From Leucoraja ocellata (Eukaryota), in NCBI GenBank assembly GCA_036785375.1, contig JAWMAR010000253.1, positions 2,170,001 to 2,234,000 on the forward strand: a DNA stretch of 64,000 nt, written 5' to 3'. This document shows, piece after piece, positions 54,718-64,000 of this stretch. The translations under genes were made by a program, and so were the position numbers. Positions within the stretch are counted from its first letter, which is position 1. Each line of letters opens with the position of its first letter. The notes beneath the pieces are model-generated. The model made no database searches. It saw only the letters and a program-made list of their open reading frames with translations, and was not told the DNA's origin.

Positions 54718-55215
54718 TACCATATAACAACCATATAACAATTACAGCACGGAAACAGGCCATCTCGGCCCTACAAGTCCGTGCCGAACAACTTTTTTCC
54801 CTTAGTCCCACCTGCCTGCACTCATACCATAACCCTCCATTCCCTTCTCATCCATATGCCTATCCAATTTATTTTTAAATGTTACCAACGAACCTGCCAC
54901 CACCACTTCCACTGGGAGCTCATTCCACACCGCTACCACTCTCTGAGTAAAGAAGTTCCCCCTCATGTTACCCCTAAACTTCAGTCCCTTAATTCTGAAG
55001 TCATGTCCTCTTGTTTGAATCTTCCCTATTCTCAAAGGGAAAAGCTTGTCCACATCAACTCTGTCTATCCCGCTCATCATTTTAAAGACCTCTATCAAGT
55101 CCCCCCTTAACCTTCTGCGCTCCAGAGAATAAAGACCTAACTTATTCAACCTATCTCTGTAACTTAATTGTTGAAACCCAGGCAACATTCTAGTAAATCT
55201 CCTCTGTACTCTCTC
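54718..55215 (-). mobile_element. CR1 family A 3' fragment
   Basis: ORF 54802-55188 and tail. Confidence 0.9.
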
Positions 55216-56051
55216 TACTCTCTACAAAATTACTCCAGCATTTTGTGTCTATCTTCAGTTTAAACCAACACCCGTAGTTCCTTCCTCGATGCATTGATTA
55301 GTAAGGGTGCCAGGGGTTATGGGGAGAAGGCAGGAGAATGGGGTTGAGAGGGAAAGATAGATCGTGAAATATTGAATGGCGGAGTAGACCTGATGGGCCA
55401 GACAGCCTAATTCTGCTCCTAGGACATAGAAAAATAGAAAACATAGGAAATAGATGCAGGAGGAGGCCACTCGGTCCTTCGAGCCAGCACCGCCTTTCAT
55501 TGTTCAAAGAGGACATGACTTGAGAATTAAGGGACAGAAGTTTAAGGGTAACATGAGGGGGAACTTCTTTACTCAGAGAGTGGTAGCGGTGTGGAATGAG
55601 ATTCCAGTGGAGGTGGTGGAGGCAGGTTCGATTTTATCATATAAAAATAAATTGGATAGTTATATGGACGGGAAAGGAATGGAGGGTTATGGCCTGAATG
55701 CAGGTAGATGGGACTAGGGGAGAATAGAAACATAGAAATTAGGTGCAGGAGTAGGCCATTCGGCCCTTCGAGCCTGCACCGCCATTCAATATGATCATGG
55801 CTGACCATCCAACTCAGTATCCCGTACCTGCCTTCTCTCCATACCCCCTGATCCCCTTAGCCACAAATAAGAATAAGTGTTCGGCACGGACTAGAAGGGC
55901 CGAGATGGTCTGTTTCCGTGCTGTAATTGTTATATGGTTATTGTGATCATGGCTGATCGTCCCCTATCAATAACCCGTGCCTGCCTTCTCCCCATATCCC
56001 TTGACTCCACTAGCCCCTAGAGCTCTATCTAACTCTCTCTTAAATCCATTT

Positions 56052-57516
56052 AACCATATAACCATATAACAATTACAGCACGGAAACAGGCCATCTCGGC
56101 CCTACAAGTCCATGCCGAACAAATTTTGTTCCCCTTAGTCCCACCTGCCTGCACTCGTACCATAACCCTCCATTCCCTTCTCATCCATATGCCTATCCAA
56201 TTTATTTTTAAATGATACCAATGAACCTGCCTCCACCACTTCCACTGGGAGCTCATTCCACACCGCCACCACTCTCTGCATAAAGAAGTTCCCCCTCATA
56301 TTACCCCTAAACTTCTGTCCCTTAATTCTGAAGTCATGTCCTCTTGTTTGAATCTTCCCTATTCTCAAAGGGAAAAGTTTGTCCACATCAACTCTGTCTA
56401 TCCCTCTCATCATTTTAAAGACCTCTATCAGGTCCCCCCTTAACCTTCTGCGCTCCAGAGAATAAAGACCTAACTTATTCAACCTATCTCTGTAACTTAG
56501 TTGTTGAAACCCAGGCAACATTCTAGTAAATCTCCTCTGTACTCTCTCTATTTTGTTGACATCCTTCCTATAATTTGGCGACCAAAATTGTACCCCATAC
56601 TCCAGATTTGGTCTCACCAATGCCTTGTACAATTTTAACATTACATCCCAGCTTCTATACTCAATGCTCTGATTTATAAAGGCTAGCATACCAAAAGCTT
56701 TCTTTACCACCCTATCTATATGAGATTCCACCTTCAAGGAACTATGCACGGTTATACCCAGATCCCTCTGTTCAACTGTATTCTTCAATTCCCTACCATT
56801 TACCATGTACGTCCTATTTTGATTTGTCCTGCCAAGGTGTAGCACCTCACATTTATCAGCATTAAACTCCATCTGCCATCTTTCTGCCCATTTTTCCAAA
56901 TGGCCTAAATCACTCTGTAGCCTTTGGAAATCCTCTTCATTATCCACAACACCCCCTATCTTGGTATCATCTGCATACTTACTAATCCAATTTACCACAC
57001 CTTCATCCAGATCATTGATGTACATGACAAACAACAAAGGACCCAACACAGATCCCTGAGGCACCCCACTAGTCACCTGCCTCCAACCCGATAAACAGCC
57101 ATCCACCATTACCCTCTGGCTTCTCCCATTCAGCCACTGTTGAATCCATCTTGCTATTCCTGCATTTATACCCAACAGTTGAACCTTCTTAACCAACCTT
57201 CCATGAGGAACCTTGTCAAAGGCCTTACTAAAGTCCATATAGACAACATCCACTGCTTTACCCTCGTCAATTTCCCTAGTAACCTCTTCAAAAAATTCGA
57301 GAAGATTAGTCAAACATGACCTTCCAGGCACAAATCCATGTTGACTGTTCCTAATCAGACCCTGTTTATCTAGATGCTTATATATATTGTCTCTAAGTAT
57401 CTTTTCCATTAATTTGCCCACCACTGAAGTCAAACTAACAGGTCTATAATTGCTAGGTTTACTCTTAGAACCCTTTTTAAACAATGGAACAACATGCGCA
57501 GTACGCCAATCCTCGG
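56052..57516 (-). mobile_element. CR1 LINE family A, 5'-truncated, open RT and C-terminus
   Basis: ORF from PEDWRTAHVV to AGRWD*; same tail as the 535-2330 copy. Confidence 0.95.
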
Positions 57517-59454
57517 GGACTGGTGGAGAGAGAGAGTTACATAGAACGTATGAACAAAGACATCTGAATTGCTGAAGGAAAGGAGATACAGCCGGAATTA
57601 CCCAACCTGGTAAAACAAACACCAAACACCATCTGTTCAGTGTGTGTTTACATTGGATTTGTAGAACTCTTTGTACGTTCATGGAGGAGTAACTGACACA
57701 AAACCGACGATAGCCTGTGAGTCTGTTGCAAGGGAAAACATCTGCCCACAAACGGTCAGGATGTTGAGGTGTGGTTTATATGACTGATTATATGACTGAT
57801 TAACAAACGTTCACCAAAGATGCAGTTGGATGGTAGTAACGACCTGCAGTGGGTAAAAACAGGGGCATGAAAGACTGAAAACGCTGGAATTTAAAAAAAG
57901 ATTTCCCTCAGTTGCCAACTATTTTAATTCTCTTCACAATTCCCCAGGTTAGAATCATTCAGTGTGGAAACATGCCCTTCGGCCCAACTCGGCCACAGTT
58001 TAAGAATAAGGGGTCGGCCATTTAGAACGGAGACGAGGAAACACTTCTTCACACGGAGTTGTGAATCTGTCGAATTCTCTGCCTCAGAGGGCTGTGGAGG
58101 CCAGTTCTCTGGATACTTTCAAGAGAGAGCTAGATAGGGCTCTTAAAGATAGCGGAGTCAGGGGACATGGGGAGAAGGCAGGAACGGGGTACTGATTGGG
58201 GATGATCAGCCATGATCACATTCTTGGTTCTTGGTTTCTTGGTCCACCAAAATATTCCAAATGGAATTTAAACTGGAGGTGGTGAAGGGAGGGCTTAAGC
58301 CAGAAAGGGTTATTGGGAAGAAAGAGCTACTTTACATTGAATTGCGGTGTTGGCTCAAATGGCCTACACCTGCACTTATTGTCTATTGTCTATTTAGACT
58401 ATAGAGAGATACAGCATGGAAACAGGCCCTTCGGCACACCGGGTCCGCTCTGACTAGTGATCACCCTGTACACCAGCACTATCCCACACACAAGGGACAA
58501 TGTTACAACTGACCGAATCCAATTAACCGACAAACCTGCTCACCATTGGAGTGTGCGAGGACACCAGAGCACCCGGAGCAAACCCACACGGTGTTGGAGA
58601 GAACGTGCAAACTCCGTACAGACAGCACCCAAGGTCAGGATGGTTTAGAGTCAATTTAATCTCTAGATTATCTACTGTTATTTTTCTTGCTATGAGTTAC
58701 ATCCACCCTGAGACATCATACAAACTGTGAACATTAGAAACTGCAGATGGTTTACAAAGAAAATACACAAAGTGCTGGAGTAACTAGCGGGCCAGGCAGC
58801 ATCTCTGGAGAACATGGATAGGCGATATTTAGGGTCGGGACCCTTCTTCAGACGAATTATGGAGTGGGGTGTGGGGGAACGCAAGCTAGATGGGAGGAAT
58901 CATAGAGTAGGAACAGGCCCTTCGGCCCAACTCGCCCACACCAGCCTCATATCCCATCTAAACTAGTTAAATCTGCATGCGTTTGGCCCATATCCCTCTA
59001 AACCCGTCCTATCCATGTACCTGTCTGTTTCTTAAACATTGCGATAGTACCAGCCTCAACTACCTCCTCCAACAGCGCATTCCATACACCCACCACCCCT
59101 TGTGTAAAAAAGGTACCCTTCAGGTTCCTATTAAATGTTTCTCCCTCACCTTAAAAGGAGGGGCAGGATGAAACAGGGCTGTAAATAGGTGAATGGGGGG
59201 AGGTACGTTTTGATGGGCAGCTGCTTGGACAACGGCCAGACGTGACCAAACAGAAGGTGTGAGACAAAAGGATTGAAGATTGTGAATTATGAAGCTAGAT
59301 GAGGGAATGTAGGTAGAGGGGAAAGGGAGAATAGTTGTGAGTTCAGTGGGGCAGTGGGGGGGTAGGGGAGAAAGGGGAGGGTGGTATGGCAGAGAAAGGG
59401 GATGAGGGTTTTACAGAGGTTACCTAAGATTGGAGAATTCAGTGCTCATACAGA

Positions 59455-60345
59455 ATATGTGGATTTCAAATATGTCGGAAACCTCACATCTTGAAGAAAT
59501 GAGACCCCTCCTAACAGACAAAGCAGACCAATTCTTAATGATTTGGTCTCCATTTATCGACTTCTTACAAGCATATGGTGCAACATAATCCTGGGATGGC
59601 AGGACTTTCATATGAAGAAAAACTGGATAGGCTCGGTTTGTACTCGCTAGAATTTAGAAGATTGAGGGGGGATCTTATAGAAACTTACAAAATTCTTAAG
59701 GGGTTAGATGCAGGAAGCTTGTTCCCGATGTTGGGGAAGTCCAGAACAAGGGGTCACACAGTTTAAGGATAAGTGGGAAATCTTTTAGGACCGAGATGAG
59801 GAAAACATTTTTCACACAGAGAGTGGTGAATCTGTGGAATTCTCTGCCACAGAAGGTAATTGAGGCCAGTTCATTGGCTATATTTAAGAGGGAGTTAGAT
59901 ATGGCCCTTGTGGCTAAAGGGATCAGGGGGTATGGAGAGAAGGCAGGGATGGGATACTGAGTTGGATGATCAGCCACGATCATATTGAATGGCGGTGCAG
60001 GCTCGAAGGGCCGAATGGCCTCTACTCCTGCACCTATTTTCTATGTTTCTATGTTTCTATAACCGTAGAAATTAACTGTGTTAACGGTGGTCAAGAATAA
60101 TAAATAGCTATTTCTCCTTCAGTCTCCTATTTTCTATCTCTTCTTTTTCTCTCTCTATTTTCTCACTTTTCTTCTTTCCCTCACCTCACTGTTTGATATC
60201 ACGCACTTCTACTATTCTCTTTCTTTTCTTCCTTTTATTGCTAAAAAAAAAAAAAAAGTTGACCATAAAATGTAACATGTCAATATATATTTGGTATCTA
60301 CAAGGTATACATTATTGTACTTACTTCTAATATATATATTTTTTT
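59455..60345 (+). mobile_element. Second L1 3' end interrupted by CR1 (59588-60060)
   Basis: 59455-59590 resembles the end of the 52172-52702 ORF (HLEEMR...W SPF...YGAT); pyrimidine/A-rich 3' UTR resumes after 60060. Confidence 0.65.
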
Positions 60346-60546
60346 TTAATACAGAATATGAGATGGTGGTCGTCCAGTTTGCATGTGGCATCACTCTGGT
60401 AATGAAGGAGGGACAGGACAGAAAGGTAGGTAGGGGAATGGGATGGGGAGTTAAAATGGTTAGCAATGGGAGACCCAGGAAGCCTTAGCAGACCGAGCGC
60501 ATTATTCAGAAAAACAGCAACAAGCAGACGCTTGATCTCACTGATG

Positions 60547-61224
60547 TTCTTGGTTCTTGGTTTCTTGGTCCTCCAAAATATTCCAAATGGAATTTAAACT
60601 GGAGGTGGTGAAGGGAGGGCTTAAGGCAGAAATGGTTATTGGGAAGAAAGAGCTACTTTAAATTTAGTTGCATCTGGTTGGGTAACTATAGTTGGGTGGA
60701 GATTATTCCATGCTTTAATTGTGCGGGGGAAGAACGAATTGCTGTACACATCTGTCTTTGTAGCTGGGATCACAAATTGGATCGAATGCCCTCGTCTGCT
60801 CCTAATTGGTTTGGGTTTGGTGTAGGTCTTGTAGTCTATGTCGAGCTGACCATTTAACATTTTGTAAAAACAGGTCAAACGGTGAGCTTCACGTCTGTCT
60901 TGGAGAGGGTTCCACCCCAACCAGAGAATTCAGAATGTTTAAGAAGGAACTGCAGATGCTGGAGAATCGAAGGTACACAAAAAAGCTGGAGAAACTCAGC
61001 GGGTGCAGCAGCATCTATGGAGCGAAGGAAATAGGCAACGTTTCTGAAGAAGGGTTTCGGCCCGAAACGTTGCCTATTTCCTTCGCTCCATAGATGCTGC
61101 TGCACCCGCTGAGTTTCTCCAGCTTTTTTGTGTACCAGAGAATTCAGAAGTTTGGTGACACTCGCTTCTGTCTCATAGGTGTTAGTAACAAATCGAGCTG
61201 CTTGTCTTTGGACACATTCGATGT
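60547..61224 (-). mobile_element. Daphne/L2-group-like LINE 3' fragment, split by the Penelope palindrome (tail-only copies at about 10005-10110 and 58221-58335)
   Basis: IECVQRQAARFVTNTYETEASVTKLLNSL / GWNPLQDRR...RGHS...YSNSFFPRTIKAWNNL; (AAGAACC)n tail; gatgt at both ends. Confidence 0.75.
60936..61136. mobile_element. Palindromic non-autonomous Penelope terminal unit with a 15-bp target-site duplication
   Basis: Perfect 73-bp inverted arms 60972-61044 / 61064-61136; ccagagaattcagaa at 60921-60935 and 61135-61149. Confidence 0.85.
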
Positions 61225-61393
61225 GGCCACAATGGGATCACCGGATGCTGCAGATGAGTTTTCAGGAGGTGCGCGTGAATCTCTGGAATGACTGGTGTCC
61301 CCGGATGAAATGAAAGGGAGGAGGTATGTGTTGCTCATTTCTTTTACAATGGCAGGAACAGGATCCAGGTCCTGTTCAAAATCCACCTCATCA
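61144..61393 (-). CDS. Candidate terminal exon of an unidentified gene; last ~24 codons supplied by an inserted LINE
   Basis: Acceptor ctctgtttcctcccacag|T; open frame DEVDFEQDLDPVPAIVKEMSNTYLLPF...; unique sequence 61393-61225. Confidence 0.4.
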
Positions 61394-61981
61394 CTGTGGG
61401 AGGAAACAGAGGCTGCTATTTTTCCTGGTATTGTTCCTCATTGTTCCTCCAGAGGAGGGTGTAGGAGCCAAAAACAGTGACAATCAGATTCAGGAGCAGA
61501 CATTTTCCTACAACCATCAGGCTATTGCACACTAAACATTCCAATAAGCTCCAAACTATTTAAATTTGGGGGCATTGCNNNNNNNNNNNNNNNNNNNNNN
61601 NNNNNNNNNNNNNNNNNNNNNNNNNNNNNNNNNNNNNNNNNNNNNNNNNNNNNNNNNNNNNNNNNNNNNNNNNNNNNNNNNNNNNNNNNNNNNNNNNNNN
61701 NNNNNNNNNNNNNNNNNNNNNNNNNNNNNNNNNNNNNNNNNNNNNNNNNNNNNNNNNNNNNTAATATGCACAAACATACCATAAATATATATCTATATAT
61801 ATCATAAATGTATATCTATATATATCATAAAGATATGTATTNNNNNNNNNNNNNNNNNNNNNNNNNNNNNNNNNNNNNNNNNNNNNNNNNNNNNNNNNNN
61901 NNNNNNNNNNNNNNNNNNNNNNNNNNNNNNNNNNNNNNNNNNNNNNNNNNNNNNNNNNNNNNNNNNNNNNNNNNNNNNNNN

Positions 61982-62342
61982 CCAATGTCCAACCTCTCTG
62001 TCCTGGGTCTCCTCCATGGCCAGAGCGAGCAACACCGGAAATTGAAGGAACAGCACCTCATATTCCGCTTGGGGAGTCTGCATCCTGGGGGCATGAACCA
62101 AAGATCTTTGGCATGAACATTGAATTCTCCCAATTTTGTTCGTCCTTGCTGTCTCCTCCCCTTCCTCCGCCCTCCTGCTGTCTCCTCCCACTCCCCAGCC
62201 TTCGGGCTCCTCCTCCTTTTTTCCTTTCTTCTCCCCCCCCATCAGTCTGAAGAAGGGTCTCGACACGAAACGTCGCTTATTTCATTCGCTCCATAGATGC
62301 TGCTGCACCCGTTGAGTTTCTCCAGCATTTTTGTGTACCTTA
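61982..62342 (+). mobile_element. Penelope-like element 3' fragment next to a gap
   Basis: LSVLGLLHGQSEQHRKLKEQHLIFRLGSLHP matches the 6835-7890 copy; hammerhead-like core at 62247-62274. Confidence 0.88.
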
Positions 62343-64000
62343 GTGTTGAGCTGCTGGGCTGTGGGCTGGGCTGGGCGCTGTGCTGCAAGTGCTCGTCTAC
62401 AGCAGAGCGGAGGCGAAAAAATAACTGTGTGTCGGGGGATGGCTGGGGGAGGTGGGTGGCGACATGACTCGTGGAAAACTGTGTCACTGCCTGTTGACAG
62501 CAGCTGCTATAATCCAGAGCCGGTGGGAGGGGGGGGGGCACGAGCAACGTCATCACCGGCCAGCGGTTAGATTTGGGGGAAAAAAATCAGATTTGTGAAC
62601 GATTTTTGTAAAAAACTCAGGGAATTATTTAACCAAATTTACAGATGTGTGGATTTTTGAAATCACGATGCAAATATCAACTGGAATGTGTAAAAATGTG
62701 ACTAATTCTGTTATGACAAGTAGAACAGGCAGTGTTATAACCACTGGAGAAAATCCCCTCACCCACCTAGCCTGTAAGCTTGTGACAACCCCACCACACC
62801 CATCAAAGTCAGCACCCTGAAAGTGCTACTGAGTTTATCTCTTTGCTGAAACCTTCCTTGTCAATGAGACAAAAATGAAGGGCAGACACTGTCATCTTGA
62901 GCAATACACAAAGTGCTGGTGGAACTCAGTGGGTCAGGCAGCGTCCGTGGAGAGATGTTTCGAATTTGGACCCGTCTTCAGTCTGATTGTAGTAGGGAGG
63001 AGGGGAAGTGAAAGGTGTATAAATCAGGTGGGGCCAGGACAAAGCCTGGAAGAATTGACAGGTGGATAAACACAAAATGCTGGAGTAACTGAACGGGACT
63101 GGCAGCATCTCTGAAGAGAAGGAATGTGTCTGAAAAAGGGTCTCGATCCGAAACGTCACCCATTCTTTCTCTCCTGAGATGCTGCGGCTCCACTGAGTTA
63201 CTCCAGCATTTTCTGTCTATCTTCAGTATAAACCAGCATCTGCAGTTTCTTCCTACATGAGTGACAGGTGGATACTGGTAAGGGAGGGGTTTCTGTAGGA
63301 AGGAACTGCAGATGTGTAGGAAAGAACTGCAGATGCTGGTTTAAAACGAAGGTAGACATGAAATGCTGGAGTAACTCAGTGGGTCAGGAAGCATCTCTGG
63401 AGAGAAGGGGTGACGTTTTGGGTCGACATCCTTCTTCAGACTGACACCAGGAGAACATCTAACTTCAAATCACCCTTGCTGTCCCTCTCTCTTCATCCCT
63501 CCCCATCCCAGTTCTCTGACCAGCCTTACTGTCTCTGACTCTATTCCTTCTCTCCAGAGATGCTGCCTGTCCCTCTGAGTTACTCCAGCATTTTGTGTCT
63601 TTCTTTGGTTTACACCAGCATCTGCAGTTCCTTCCTACACTAGTGATAGTGGATACAGGTGAAGGTGGGGGTTGATGGGTAGAGGTTACAAGATTAAAAG
63701 GGGGAAAAGTCTGTCAGTTAAGGAGAGAATTTGGGTGAAATGTAAAGCCAGGGTGAGTGGTGTGGGGATGGGAGATGATTGGGGAAGAGATGTGGGGACA
63801 TCAGCCATTCATTTGTGGGCAGCACGGCAACGCAGCAATAGCGTTGCTACCTCACCGCGCCAGAGACCCGGGTCCGATCCTGACCACGGGTGCTGGCTGT
63901 ATGTACGAGTGTGTACTTTCTCCCTGTGACTTGCATGGGTCACCTCCTCCAGAGGTTAATTAGTTTCTGTTTTAAAAAAAAATGTTAATTGTACCTTTAT

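Noticed and set aside
57517-57751. N-terminal extension of the 538-aa ORF
   Set aside because: Chance open frame upstream of the CR1 truncation point
1-64000. CRISPR array, rRNA or prokaryotic operon
   Set aside because: No repeat-spacer periodicity, rRNA similarity or gene-dense organisation; the DNA is intron-containing vertebrate sequence

Overview
Eukaryotic, repeat-dense window; the HE1-like tRNA-SINE / CR1 LINE repertoire suggests a cartilaginous fish, probably a skate or ray (inference). Three N gaps. The main host feature is a minus-strand CD2/SLAM-family receptor gene that can be spliced by hand with matching phases: IgV exon 17301-16972, IgC2 exon 16356-16066, transmembrane exon 12805-12682, three cytoplasmic micro-exons (12407-12367, 11639-11592, 8944-8898) and a terminal exon 5731-5567 with an ITSM (TIYDEI). 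Its leader exon was not confidently found. Other candidate host exons: an orphan ITIM/ITSM-like terminal exon (26069-26020) and a terminal exon at 61393 whose C-terminus appears rewritten by a nested LINE plus Penelope insertion. The rest is mostly mobile DNA: two young CR1 families, Rex1/Babar, L1, L2 and Daphne-like LINEs, Penelope elements and many short, often palindromic Penelope-derived units carrying a minimal hammerhead ribozyme core, two non-autonomous Helitrons, two Harbinger-like MITE families and a Ty3/gypsy LTR remnant. Most ORFs in the supplied track are TE fragments or antisense noise. Repeat boundaries are approximate unless termini are quoted.
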